A stretch of DNA of 59,642 bases, filler included. It is 6 parts of 6 records of this genome, joined end to end, with 100 filler letters (N's around TTAATTAATTAA, not from the genome) between each part and the next. Parts side by side here need not be neighbours in the genome. Positions count along the whole stretch, not along the records: positions 27,408 to 34,711 come from SRR31156797_881; positions 34,812 to 41,119 come from SRR31156797_882; 4 more parts are not named here. One strand, written 5' to 3'. Position numbers and translations under genes: made by a program. The notes under the pieces were generated by a model, which was given only the letters and a program-made list of their open reading frames with translations, did not search any database and was not told where the DNA came from. Below, piece after piece: positions 28,782-38,655 of this stretch. Within the stretch, counting starts at the first letter, position 1; the number at the start of each line of letters is the position of its first letter.

Positions 28782-30902
28782 ATGTCTTATATTACTTCTA
28801 TTAGAAAAAACACTTTCCTTTTTTTACTTACTATAGGTATTATTAACACAGTTTTAGCAATCATCGTATTTTTATATATCCAAAACAAGCAAAATGAATT
28901 GCTTTATTACTCAAAACTAGATATTGCAAAAACTGAATTTAAAGAAACAAATAAAAAAATAAACTCTGAAATAATCCATTACAAGTTAGTTTTAAACACT
29001 ATTAAAGACAATAAAGACTTAATAAGATTTCTAAATGGTGAAAAAAATATCATAAAATATTTAAGTGAAGACCTAAGTGATTTTGTTAAAGCAAATGGAA
29101 ATATCTTTCAATTAAGATTTATCAATAAAGATGGAAATGAAATAATTAGAATTGATAAAGAGAATGGAATTACAATAATTGCTGAGAAATTACAGAACAA
29201 AGCTAAAAGATACTACTTTAAAAAAACTATGAATCTAAAGGAAGGAGAGTTTTATATCTCCAATTTTGATTTAAATATTGAACATGGGAAAATAGAGGTT
29301 CCTTTTAAACCTACAATTAGAATTTCTACACCAATATACAGAAATAATTCCTTTGAGGGAATTATTATTATAAATTTTTTAGCAAATGATTTAATTGCTA
29401 GTATTAAAGACAAAGAATCCTTTGATGTTTACTTCATGGACAATAAAAACAATTTTCTATTACACCCAGATGAAAACAAAAGTTGGAGTACACAAAGAGG
29501 AACAAACTATAAAGTAAAAGATGAAATACCAAATATATATAAACTAATAGAAAATGAAAATACTAAGGTTTCAGATAAAAAACTGCTTTATTATATAAAC
29601 TCTATTGATATAACGGATAATAAGTTTTATATAATCTATTCTATAAAAGAGCAATTATATGATGCCTATATAGAAGAAGCAACTAGAAATATAATTCTTT
29701 TCTTTGTTGTAATCTTTTTATTTTCTATTCCTTTTGTTTTCATAGGAGCATATTTCCAATCTATAAGAATGGAAATACTTGATAGATTAATTAATAATAT
29801 CCCCTTCCCTATCTGTTTAAAAGATAAAAATGGAGTATTTTTATTAGTAAATGAGTCATTAATTAAACTATATGGATGTACTTCAAAAAAACAACTTATT
29901 GGTAAAAAATCTTATGAGTTTACCCATAGAAGTCTTCCTTATACATCAAAAGAGAAAGACAATGATGTCTTAAAAAAACAAAAAATAAAATTTGTAGATA
30001 CAATAACACTTAAAAACAATAAAAAACTTTACTATGATACAAGAATTATAAAAATCTCTTTCTTTGGACTTTTTAATAAAACATATATTTTAGGTATAGC
30101 CATTGATATCACTGCAATGAAAACTCTTAATGAACAACTACAGAAAAAAGTAGATGAAGAATTAGAAAAAAGATTAGAAGCTGAAAGAATATTAGCACAA
30201 AAAGCTAAACTTGCAGAAATGGGAAATATGATTGATAATATAATTCATCAGTGGAAACAGCCACTAAGTATTATTAAAGTTACTTCACAAGCCCTTGAAA
30301 TGAACTTAGAAATGAAAAATCTATCAGAAGAACAAAGAGAATACTATATTAAAACTATTATAGAAAATGTAGACTTTATGAGTGATACGGCAAATGATTT
30401 TAGATCTTTTTTATCTCCTGATAAGATTAAAAGTGAATTTTCTATAAAAGACTGTACTAATAAGATTTTAAAAATCCTATTCTTACGCTTTAGAAAACAA
30501 AAAGTTGAAGTAATAAACAATGTTGAAGAAGATATTAGAATTTATGGATACAAAAGTGAATTATGCCAAGTGCTTTTAAATATTTTCAATAATGCCCTTG
30601 ATGAATTTAATGAAAAAAATAACACAGAAGATAGCAGTATTACAATAAGTACTTATAAAAAAGAAGGTTTAATAGTTATAGAAATTGAAGATACAGCTGG
30701 TGGAATCAAAGAAGAATATATAAATAAAATATTTGAAGATAGATTTACTACAAAAAACAATGAAGGAACAGGTATTGGATTGACAATATCAAAGAGAATT
30801 ATTCAAGAAAGTTTCAACGGTACAATCAAAGTAGAAAATAAAAATAAAGGAGCATGTTTCATCATAAAGCTTCCCCAAGAAGTCAACACTCTAGAAAACT
30901 AA
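28782..30902 (+). CDS. Cache-PAS sensor histidine kinase
   Basis: 2 TM, Cache (QNKAKRYYF, DLNIEHG), PAS, H-box IIHQWKQPL, N box, DTAGGI, GTGIGL; ATG 28782 with AGGAG. Confidence 0.9.
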   Translation: MSYITSIRKNTFLFLLTIGIINTVLAIIVFLYIQNKQNELLYYSKLDIAKTEFKETNKKINSEIIHYKLVLNTIKDNKDLIRFLNGEKNIIKYLSEDLSDFVKANGNIFQLRFINKDGNEIIRIDKENGITIIAEKLQNKAKRYYFKKTMNLKEGEFYISNFDLNIEHGKIEVPFKPTIRISTPIYRNNSFEGIIIINFLANDLIASIKDKESFDVYFMDNKNNFLLHPDENKSWSTQRGTNYKVKDEIPNIYKLIENENTKVSDKKLLYYINSIDITDNKFYIIYSIKEQLYDAYIEEATRNIILFFVVIFLFSIPFVFIGAYFQSIRMEILDRLINNIPFPICLKDKNGVFLLVNESLIKLYGCTSKKQLIGKKSYEFTHRSLPYTSKEKDNDVLKKQKIKFVDTITLKNNKKLYYDTRIIKISFFGLFNKTYILGIAIDITAMKTLNEQLQKKVDEELEKRLEAERILAQKAKLAEMGNMIDNIIHQWKQPLSIIKVTSQALEMNLEMKNLSEEQREYYIKTIIENVDFMSDTANDFRSFLSPDKIKSEFSIKDCTNKILKILFLRFRKQKVEVINNVEEDIRIYGYKSELCQVLLNIFNNALDEFNEKNNTEDSSITISTYKKEGLIVIEIEDTAGGIKEEYINKIFEDRFTTKNNEGTGIGLTISKRIIQESFNGTIKVENKNKGACFIIKLPQEVNTLEN

Positions 30903-31229
30903 AGTTTTTTCCATTAAGAATGGATAAGAGATATCAGCTTTACTACTTTTTTTAAAACCAAACTTTTTATAAAAAGATATAAGTTTTTCTAGATTTAAGC
31001 CATTTGAATCTAAAGGCAAAGGATTTAAATAAATCTTTTTATATTTACTCTGTTTTGAAATATATTTTAAAATACCTTTTAGGGTTTCAGTTCCATACTT
31101 TAGGTTTCTAAAAGCAGGTAGAGTTTTTATTATTTCTAAAGTCAATGTATCATTATCAATACTAACATTGCCAAATGAAATATCATTATTATTAAACAAC
31201 ATTTTATCTTTCTTTTTTAACACTTTCAT
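30891..31229 (-). CDS. Small GNAT family protein
   Basis: FRNLKYGT motif A and LISFYKKFGF; convergent with the kinase (12-bp overlap). Confidence 0.75.
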   Translation of the reverse strand: MKVLKKKDKMLFNNNDISFGNVSIDNDTLTLEIIKTLPAFRNLKYGTETLKGILKYISKQSKYKKIYLNPLPLDSNGLNLEKLISFYKKFGFKKSSKADISYPFLMEKTLVF

Positions 31230-31423
31230 ACTAAGTCCTTCAATTAGTACCACAATAGTATCATTTTATAATATATTTTAACTAAATATAGTTTTATTAA
31301 AGTTATTTTTTAATTTATATATCAGCTTATTATAAAATTATTTTTAAAGAACTAGTTCTTAGACTTAATTTTACTTTAAACAAAGGAGTAATACAATTTG
31401 TTATATACCGTAAGGAGGTAGTT

Positions 31424-32251
31424 ATGCAAATCAATAATGTACAACTTGACCAATCGCCTTATTTAAATTTAAATCAGTCACTAAATAAAATCTCTTCAGG
31501 TAAAGAGATTAATAGTGCAGCAGATGATGCTTCTTCTTTATCTATATCTGATAAACTAAGAACAGAAGCAAGTGGACTAACTCAATCTATTGATAATGTA
31601 AATAGTGGTTTAGCTTCACTTCAAATTGCTGATAAATCTATTAGTGAGCAATCTAATATTTTAGATACAGTAAAAGAGAAACTATTACAAGCATCTACTG
31701 ATACTACTTCTCAACAAGGAAGAGATCAAATATTAACAGAAATCAACGACTTGTTACAAAACTTTGATGATATTGCTTCTAGCACTAATTATAATGAACA
31801 AACTTTGTTACAAAACGCTAGTGAAGATAAAGCAGCAAGTCAAAGTCAACAGTTTCAAGTAGGAACATCTTCTGAAGATATAATTGAAACAGACTCTATT
31901 CAATCAAATACAGTAGGAGTTGGCTTAGAAAGTCTAGTTAATCAAGACCCTTCTTCTTTTGATGCAAGTACTGCAAGAGCTTATTTAGGAGATGTAGATG
32001 AAGCATTAACTAAATTAAATGATTATAGAGGAGATTTAGGTTCTGTTCAAAATCAGCTTCAAAGTTCAGGAAGAAACTTATTTACACAAGTTACATCTAC
32101 AAGAGAAGCTGGTTCAACAATTGCCGATTTAGATTATTCTAAAGAGATAAGTGATTTTAACAAACAAAATATTTTAGCTCAAATAGGAGCTTATGGAGCA
32201 GCTCAATCAAGCAATATAAATCAAAATATTGTTACTAGATTACTTACATAA
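31424..32251 (+). CDS. Short flagellin-family protein
   Basis: ISSGKEINSAADDAS, FQVG, RGDLGSVQNQL, IADLDYSKE; AGGAGG RBS. Confidence 0.88.
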   Translation: MQINNVQLDQSPYLNLNQSLNKISSGKEINSAADDASSLSISDKLRTEASGLTQSIDNVNSGLASLQIADKSISEQSNILDTVKEKLLQASTDTTSQQGRDQILTEINDLLQNFDDIASSTNYNEQTLLQNASEDKAASQSQQFQVGTSSEDIIETDSIQSNTVGVGLESLVNQDPSSFDASTARAYLGDVDEALTKLNDYRGDLGSVQNQLQSSGRNLFTQVTSTREAGSTIADLDYSKEISDFNKQNILAQIGAYGAAQSSNINQNIVTRLLT

Positions 32252-32276
32252 AGCTAGGGATACTCCCTTAGCTTTA
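32249..32276. terminator. Bidirectional terminator
   Basis: TAAAGCT-AGGGA-tac-TCCCT-t-AGCTTTA between convergent genes. Confidence 0.65.
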
Positions 32277-32801
32277 AAAACTTATTGAGTGAGTGATTCT
32301 AATTCTTTTTTTAGGTCTTTTTGTAACTTTATAGTGTTCTACACCATTGTAAACAAAGTAGTTTTTGTATCCAGTTATAACTTTTCTTTCAACATTTTTA
32401 TAAGTATCATAGCATTCTGTTCTTGTTACATATCTATAATCTGCATTAGATGAAGAGTTATAGTTATTTCTAATCTCATGGGCAACTTTACCACCTAAAA
32501 GACCACCAACTATTTGAGCTGCTACTCTACCATTACCTTTCCCAACTTGACTTCCTAGAACTGCCCCAGCTGCTACACCAACTAATGTATCAATTCCAAG
32601 ACTATCATTTCTTACATGTGAACCCTGATCATAATGTCTAACTCTTTTTCTTACCTTATCACATTGTCTTTGAGGCTCTTGTTCATATACATATTCATAA
32701 ACTGGTTCAGAATATCTTACTTTTGCAAAATCATGAAATCTATCACCACCTGCAAAAAGTGAACTTACTAAAAGTGTTGTTGCTAATACTAACTTTTTCA
32801 T
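32274..32801 (-). CDS. Secreted glycine-zipper 2TM protein (YcfJ-like)
   Basis: Signal peptide; GVAAGAVLGSQVGKGNGRVAAQIVGGLLGG. Confidence 0.85.
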   Translation of the reverse strand: MKKLVLATTLLVSSLFAGGDRFHDFAKVRYSEPVYEYVYEQEPQRQCDKVRKRVRHYDQGSHVRNDSLGIDTLVGVAAGAVLGSQVGKGNGRVAAQIVGGLLGGKVAHEIRNNYNSSSNADYRYVTRTECYDTYKNVERKVITGYKNYFVYNGVEHYKVTKRPKKRIRITHSISF

Positions 32802-32840
32802 AATAAAACCTTTTTAAGACCTAAAATAAACTTTAGGTCT

Positions 32841-33143
32841 CTATTTTAAGCTACTGATATGTTCAGCAACTGCTTTAATATCTGCGTCTGAAAGTCTTGT
32901 AACTTGACCTTTCATTACACCTTTCATTGGTCCTCCATAAGAACCATCTTTGTATCCTTTTAAAGCTGCGACAGTTTTTTCTACATCCCAACCTTTAATA
33001 ACAGCAGATTTTCCTAAAGCTGCTTTTTCACCATTTGCACCATGACACCCTGCACATGAATTATAAATTTTAGCTCCATCACTTGCAAATAAAGATGTTC
33101 CTGCGATTACTGCTAAGCTCATTAAGATTTTTGTAGTTTTCAT
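32841..33143 (-). CDS. Cytochrome c553-like
   Basis: Signal peptide, CAGCH haem motif, GPMKGVM axial Met region. Confidence 0.9.
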   Translation of the reverse strand: MKTTKILMSLAVIAGTSLFASDGAKIYNSCAGCHGANGEKAALGKSAVIKGWDVEKTVAALKGYKDGSYGGPMKGVMKGQVTRLSDADIKAVAEHISSLK

Positions 33144-33214
33144 ATCATACTCCTTAATTTTTATAGAAGAAGTATAAAAGTTAATCGTGAAGTGATTGTG
33201 AAGATTTTATTTTA

Positions 33215-33547
33215 CTATTTTAGTTTCCCAAATACTTTATATTTATCCCAATAAATATCTAAAGCTTTATCAAGTTGTTCTTCATTTAATTTTGTAGTTT
33301 TTTTTACTCCAAACCTCTTTATAAAGGCTTCTGGCATAATAGTAGTCTCTTTAGTCGGATTATTTAAATAAGTTGTCATAGCCTCTTTTACACTACGTTC
33401 ACTACTATATTTTAAAAGATATCTATAAAAGTATTTATCAATTGATACAGGCAAATTTTTATGACAAGATACACAATTGTTTTCGTAAATATCATTTGCA
33501 TTTAAAAATAAGGCTAAAGAAAAAAGAGTAAAAACTATTTTTGCCAT
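33215..33547 (-). CDS. Monohaem cytochrome c-like protein
   Basis: Signal peptide and CVSCH; overlaps the kinase 3' end. Confidence 0.75.
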   Translation of the reverse strand: MAKIVFTLFSLALFLNANDIYENNCVSCHKNLPVSIDKYFYRYLLKYSSERSVKEAMTTYLNNPTKETTIMPEAFIKRFGVKKTTKLNEEQLDKALDIYWDKYKVFGKLK

Positions 33548-34710
33548 GTTACTTCCATTTTTGTTCCAATTTTCTCTTGAGATTGAACATTTATTTTAAG
33601 ATTATACTCTTTTGCTATCATTGAGACAATATTTAAGCCTATTCCAAAGCCCCCTACACTCTTATCAAATCTTGTATACCTCTCAAATAGTTGCTCAACT
33701 TGAGTTTGGCTCATGCCTTTTCCACTATCTTCAATTATTAATCTATTTTCTTGTAAAGAGACTTTTATTTGCCCTTTTACCTTATTATATTTTATTGCAT
33801 TTGAAAGAAGATTATCTATTAGTTTTGATATTTTTTTATTATCACAAAAAATAAATATATCTTCTTTTATAGAAGTTTTTATCTCTATTTTTTTAACATC
33901 TGCAAGGGTTTTAAAGTAATCAACCCTTTGTCTTACTATTTTTGAAAGATTTATATTCTCATCTTGAGAAATGATTTTATTATTTAATGTAAGATAGGTT
34001 AAGTCTTCATAGATATTAGAAATAGTTTTAGCTCCTGTATCTATTCTTTTTATTTTTCTAGCTAACTTTTCATCTAAAGATTCAATATCTATCATCTCTA
34101 CATTTGTAATTACAGCAGAAACAGGAGTATTAAGTTCATGGGTTGTATCTTTGATAAATCTATCAAGCAAGTGTAATGCATCTCTCATTGGTTTTAAAAA
34201 TAGCTTTAATAAAAAATACCCAAAAAAGACCATAAAAGCGAAAGCTATTAAAATAAATAGTGCAATCTCTTTTTTTAAGTTCGCAAACCAAAGTAAATCA
34301 TCTTTGATTTCTAAGACCACATATTTTGCTCCTAAATAGTATGATTCAGGTTGCTCAACAAAGTGTATTTTAGAATCAGTTGTATAAACTTCACTATTAA
34401 AATCTACATTTTGAGACTCTAAAGTTGAGAAAATAAGTTTTCTATCACTATCATAAATAGCAGAATTAAAATTTTCATCCCTTGGATAAAACTTATATTT
34501 ATCAAAGTTGATATGTAAATCTTTTAATCTAAATATTAATTCACTAGAATAATCTTGCATTGAAGCTCTTTTTTGTTGAAGCATCAAGTCTTTTTGAAAG
34601 GAGTAATACAAAAATGAAATAAATAGTAATATAACTATTGTAAAAAAAGAGTATAAAGTTAAGAAGCCTAAAAGTGTCTTCTTCTCACTTTGAGTTAAAT
34701 CTATATCCAA
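33535..34710 (-). CDS. Sensor histidine kinase (OmpR-partner type), start at contig edge
   Basis: 2 TM, DTTHELNTP H box, NLLSNAIKY, DSGKG, GFGIGL. Confidence 0.9.
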   Translation of the reverse strand: MDIDLTQSEKKTLLGFLTLYSFFTIVILLFISFLYYSFQKDLMLQQKRASMQDYSSELIFRLKDLHINFDKYKFYPRDENFNSAIYDSDRKLIFSTLESQNVDFNSEVYTTDSKIHFVEQPESYYLGAKYVVLEIKDDLLWFANLKKEIALFILIAFAFMVFFGYFLLKLFLKPMRDALHLLDRFIKDTTHELNTPVSAVITNVEMIDIESLDEKLARKIKRIDTGAKTISNIYEDLTYLTLNNKIISQDENINLSKIVRQRVDYFKTLADVKKIEIKTSIKEDIFIFCDNKKISKLIDNLLSNAIKYNKVKGQIKVSLQENRLIIEDSGKGMSQTQVEQLFERYTRFDKSVGGFGIGLNIVSMIAKEYNLKINVQSQEKIGTKMEVTWQK

Positions 34711-34711
34711 G

Positions 34712-34811
34712 NNNNNNNNNNNNNNNNNNNNNNNNNNNNNNNNNNNNNNNNNNNNTTAATTAATTAANNNNNNNNNNNNNNNNNNNNNNNNNNNNNNNNN
34801 NNNNNNNNNNN
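34712..34811. other. Artificial contig linker
   Basis: Same linker. Confidence 0.98.
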
Positions 34812-34813
34812 GA

Positions 34814-35224
34814 TTTGCTGTAGTTGCTGGGGAGGTTAGAAACTTAGCAAGTAGGTCAGCTGAAGCAGCAGATGAGATCAAAGCTTTGGTAGAAAATGCT
34901 ACTAGTAAAGCAAATATAGGAAAGAGTATAGCCAATAAAATGATAATGGGATATAATCAGTTAAATACAAATATTAGCAGTACTATTGAAATCATTTCTA
35001 ATGTAGAAAATGCAAGTAAAGAACAACAAAGAGGAATATTGCAAATAAATGATGCGATCAATTCTTTAGATAAACAAACACAACAAAATGCCAATATCGC
35101 ATCTGAGTCAAACCAAATTGCAGTTGAAACAGATATGATCGCAAAGCTAGTTGTTTCTAATGCAAATGAAAAAGAGTTTAATGGAAAAGATCAAGTCAAA
35201 GCTAAAATTGGAATTATTGCTTAA
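34814..35224 (+). CDS. Methyl-accepting chemotaxis protein, 3' part
   Basis: In frame from the contig edge: FAVVAGEVRNLASRSAEAA signalling hairpin; TQQNA methylation helix. Confidence 0.92.
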   Translation, partial: FAVVAGEVRNLASRSAEAADEIKALVENATSKANIGKSIANKMIMGYNQLNTNISSTIEIISNVENASKEQQRGILQINDAINSLDKQTQQNANIASESNQIAVETDMIAKLVVSNANEKEFNGKDQVKAKIGIIA

Positions 35225-35346
35225 ATCAAATATAATAAAAGTTTATAAAATAATGGTTATTTAGATATACTTATATTAAGAGAAAATATTATTATATAAA
35301 TATTACAAAAGTCTTAAGAGTATAGGATGCATTATAGAGGTTTAAA

Positions 35347-36255
35347 GTTGAAGAGAAACAATTTAAAATACTTATAACAGATGATAATCATAAAAATATA
35401 CAGATCGCTGCAAATATATTGCAATGCGATCATTATAAACTATGGTATGCAAAAAGCGGAGAAGATACTCTTAAAAAAATAGAAGATACGATTTTTGATA
35501 TTATATTATTAGATATTATGATGCCAGGCATTGATGGCTTTGAGACTGCAAAACGTATAAAAGAAAAAGATGAATATAAAGATGTCCCTATTATTTTTGT
35601 TACAGCAAAAGATGCAGGAGAAGATATTTTAGAGGGATTTAATAGTGGAGGGGTGGATTATATAACAAAACCCTATAAAGCTATTGAACTCAAACTAAGA
35701 GTACAAACACATCTAAAGATAGCTTCTCAAACAAAAGAGCTAAAGATCATGAATGACAAATTAGAATTTATGGCAAAAAAAGATTTTTTAACGAAGGTTA
35801 ATAATAGAGGAAACTTCTTTCACCTAGGTGAAGAGTTTTATAAAAAACAGAATAATAAAAACATCTATGTGGTGATGCTTGATATTGATAAGTTTAAAAA
35901 TCTCAATGATACCTATGGACATAAACTTGGAGACATCGCTTTACAAGAGTTTACTAAAGAGGTTGAAAAACACCTTGATCAAGAGGATATTTTTGGAAGA
36001 TTAGGTGGAGAAGAGTTTGCTGTACTTATCAGTTGTGATGATAAAACTCAAGTGATGGAAAAACTTGAACAGATCAGACTAGGTGTTGCAAATATAAAAA
36101 TAGAACATGAAAATAGTTTTGTACAATTTACTGTAAGTATGGGGATGACCCAAAGACATGAAAATGAAAAACTTGATACAAGTCTGGAAAGAGCAGATTA
36201 TGCTTTATATGAAGCAAAAAATAGTGGACGAAATAGATTGGAGTTTCGTCATTAA
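35347..36255 (+). CDS. Response regulator diguanylate cyclase (REC-GGDEF); start anomalous
   Basis: KILITDD, LLDIMMP, FVTAK, KP receiver motifs; GRLGGEEF; no RxxD I-site; the first canonical in-frame start (35419) lies inside REC. Confidence 0.85.
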   Translation, partial: VEEKQFKILITDDNHKNIQIAANILQCDHYKLWYAKSGEDTLKKIEDTIFDIILLDIMMPGIDGFETAKRIKEKDEYKDVPIIFVTAKDAGEDILEGFNSGGVDYITKPYKAIELKLRVQTHLKIASQTKELKIMNDKLEFMAKKDFLTKVNNRGNFFHLGEEFYKKQNNKNIYVVMLDIDKFKNLNDTYGHKLGDIALQEFTKEVEKHLDQEDIFGRLGGEEFAVLISCDDKTQVMEKLEQIRLGVANIKIEHENSFVQFTVSMGMTQRHENEKLDTSLERADYALYEAKNSGRNRLEFRH

Positions 36256-36280
36256 AAGTAAGCGGTAATGCTTACTTTTA
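36253..36280. terminator. Bidirectional terminator
   Basis: TAAAAGTAAGC-ggtaat-GCTTACTTTTA. Confidence 0.75.
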
Positions 36281-36281
36281 T

Positions 36282-37175
36282 TTAGTGGTTTTTTACTTCC
36301 CAGATCTTCTCATATTCATCCTTAGAGAGTTTGACTATTTTAAGCTCTTCTAAAAACTGCCAAAGCTCATACCATCTTTTATCATCAGCTTTAATATCTG
36401 TATCAAATCTTTTGATTGTATCTTCAATAATACGATCCATTAGCTCACTTGGTTCCTCTTTTGAATAGGAATAATAAGATTTTTTTGCAAACTCTAGATC
36501 ATCTTGAAGTCGTTTTACTATGGAGTTTGTAAGTTCGATAAACTTACATAGAGCTTCCCCTTTTTGGGAGATAATAGAATCTGTAGTCATAAACTCCAAG
36601 GCACTGAAATTAGGATAAGGAGACTTGTGTGTATCGATGAATAGATTAGAAAAAATTTCATATTCAGCTTCGATTCCTTCGAAATTGTAAAAGCATAGCC
36701 ACGCACCATCATAGTCCCCCTCTTGCATATTTTTTATATGGTAAAAATCTGTTTGAATAAACTCTACATTTTTTTCTTCAAGTCTAAAACCTTCTTTATC
36801 AGCATATCTTTTTAATATCTCAAAGCCTATTGTATTTGTCACTTCATTTGAAGCAGGTGTTGTAATCTTGAGAGGTTGATTATTGCGAAGTTTTTCAATA
36901 CTGTCGGTTTTAATCATCACACCTCCATCAGTTTCAAAAAAACAACCCATTGATTTCAATCCATCAAAATAGTGTTCAAATAGGTGAAGTGGTTCATTAC
37001 AATGGATATCAATCTCTCCACGTTTTAAATACTCAAAGCCATCATAATGCTCATCAGGAGCAATAAGCTCCACCTCTATATCATTTTCTTTATAAAGTCC
37101 ACTTTGTATCCCTGCGATCATTGGAAGATGATCAGGGTTTAAAAACCATTCTAATGCTATTGTTAATTGTGTCAT
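36282..37175 (-). CDS. NMT1/THI5/ThiY-like protein without signal peptide
   Basis: LEWFLNPDH N-terminal motif, FYNFEGIE; downstream of thiD-thiE. Confidence 0.8.
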   Translation of the reverse strand: MTQLTIALEWFLNPDHLPMIAGIQSGLYKENDIEVELIAPDEHYDGFEYLKRGEIDIHCNEPLHLFEHYFDGLKSMGCFFETDGGVMIKTDSIEKLRNNQPLKITTPASNEVTNTIGFEILKRYADKEGFRLEEKNVEFIQTDFYHIKNMQEGDYDGAWLCFYNFEGIEAEYEIFSNLFIDTHKSPYPNFSALEFMTTDSIISQKGEALCKFIELTNSIVKRLQDDLEFAKKSYYSYSKEEPSELMDRIIEDTIKRFDTDIKADDKRWYELWQFLEELKIVKLSKDEYEKIWEVKNH

Positions 37176-37189
37176 AAATCTTTTTCTCC

Positions 37190-37816
37190 TTATTGTAGTT
37201 TTGTAGCATATGATCTTGCTTTTACTTGTATAGTGTCACTTCCCCAGATATCACTGATAAGACAGATCATATCGGGCTCATACTCTAATATCTCATCCAC
37301 ATTATTACTATTGATCCCACCGATTGCACAAATAGGGATATCTAGATGTTTTTTGGCATGTTTTAAAACTTCCAGTGGCACAATATTTGAAGTTGGTTTA
37401 GTAGGTGATCTAAAAAAAGATCCAAATGCTACATAATCAGCCCCTTTATCTTGAAAGCTCTTGGCTAATTTAATATCCCCATAACAACTCACTCCAATGA
37501 TCCCTTGAAAGTTTTGTCGAATCTCTTCAAATCTGTGATGATCAGATTTCCCTATATGTAAGCCATCACATTGAAGCTTTATACTTAAATCTATCTCATC
37601 ATTTAAAACAAACAAAGCATCATATGAGTGGCACAGCTCTTGAAGCTCTTTTACTTGATCTCTTATAATCTCTATAGAATCTGTTTTATTTCTAAGCTGT
37701 ACAAGTTTAGCTCCACCTTGTAAAGCTTGTTCTACTTGGTTTTTCATAGTATTTGATGGTGTTAAAATATCATCTGTGATTACATAAAGACCATTTAGCT
37801 GTTTTTGATATGACAT
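37190..37816 (-). CDS. thiE: Thiamine phosphate synthase
   Basis: LYVITD, VQLRNK, LND, GLHIGKSD, GVSCY, SPTK, AIGGI. Confidence 0.95.
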   Translation of the reverse strand: MSYQKQLNGLYVITDDILTPSNTMKNQVEQALQGGAKLVQLRNKTDSIEIIRDQVKELQELCHSYDALFVLNDEIDLSIKLQCDGLHIGKSDHHRFEEIRQNFQGIIGVSCYGDIKLAKSFQDKGADYVAFGSFFRSPTKPTSNIVPLEVLKHAKKHLDIPICAIGGINSNNVDEILEYEPDMICLISDIWGSDTIQVKARSYATKLQ

Positions 37817-38589
37817 ATTTCCCCTCCTATTTTATGTGCAATTGGACCTTTCCCATGCCCTATATTTGGAGCATTTTTGATGCTTAAATAGATAAATTTT
37901 TTAGCTATTTGTATTGACTCTTCTAAGCTCTTTCCAAGAGCAAGATTTGCAGCGATACAACTACTATAGCTACAACCAGTTCCATGGGTATTAGAGCTTT
38001 GTAGATATGGTGTATCAAAACTTTTCCCTCCATCTTTTGTGTAGAGGATATCTACACTTCTTTGATGATCATTTATAGTTTGGATGTGGTTTTTTATCAC
38101 CACAGGACAAGGGAAGTTATAGTTTTCATGGATGGTACCCTTATGTAACTCTTCATATCCAAACATCTCTTTTGCTTCGAAAAGATTTGGTGTGGCTATA
38201 GTACAGTAAGGTAGAAGGGTTTTCATATTTTCTATTGCATCAACGCTAAGAAGTTTTGAGCCAGCCTTCGAGATAAAAACAGGATCAAAAACGATAGGGA
38301 TATGAAGTGGTTTTATAAACTCTCTTACTGTATCTATGATCTCATTTGAAAAAAGCATCCCTATTTTTATAGCATCTATTTGAAGATCATCAAAAATCGC
38401 TTCTAATTGTTTTTGAATAAACTCTGGACTAACAGGATAGATATCACTTACCCCTTTTGTATTTTGGGCTGTTAAGACAGTGATAACTGAAGTTCCAAAC
38501 ACTCCAAAAGCTTCAAAGCTTTTTAGATCAGCTTGTATACCTGCCCCACCACTACTATCACTTCCAGCTATTGTCAATACTGTTTTCAT
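37795..38589 (-). CDS. thiD: Hydroxymethylpyrimidine/phosphomethylpyrimidine kinase
   Basis: [38 protein letters not shown]. Confidence 0.96.
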   Translation of the reverse strand: MKTVLTIAGSDSSGGAGIQADLKSFEAFGVFGTSVITVLTAQNTKGVSDIYPVSPEFIQKQLEAIFDDLQIDAIKIGMLFSNEIIDTVREFIKPLHIPIVFDPVFISKAGSKLLSVDAIENMKTLLPYCTIATPNLFEAKEMFGYEELHKGTIHENYNFPCPVVIKNHIQTINDHQRSVDILYTKDGGKSFDTPYLQSSNTHGTGCSYSSCIAANLALGKSLEESIQIAKKFIYLSIKNAPNIGHGKGPIAHKIGGEICHIKNS

Positions 38590-38655
38590 TTGACTCCTTT
38601 ATTTTATGGTAGTTTATCAGCTAAAGTGATCTTTTTGTATAAAGATACTGTAAGT

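Noticed and set aside
36282-37175. Calling this gene THI5 (HMP-P synthase)
   Set aside because: The PLP-binding Lys and CCCxC motif are not evident
38590-38655. TPP riboswitch upstream of thiD
   Set aside because: Only 66 bp of intergenic space and no CUGAGA-type core seen
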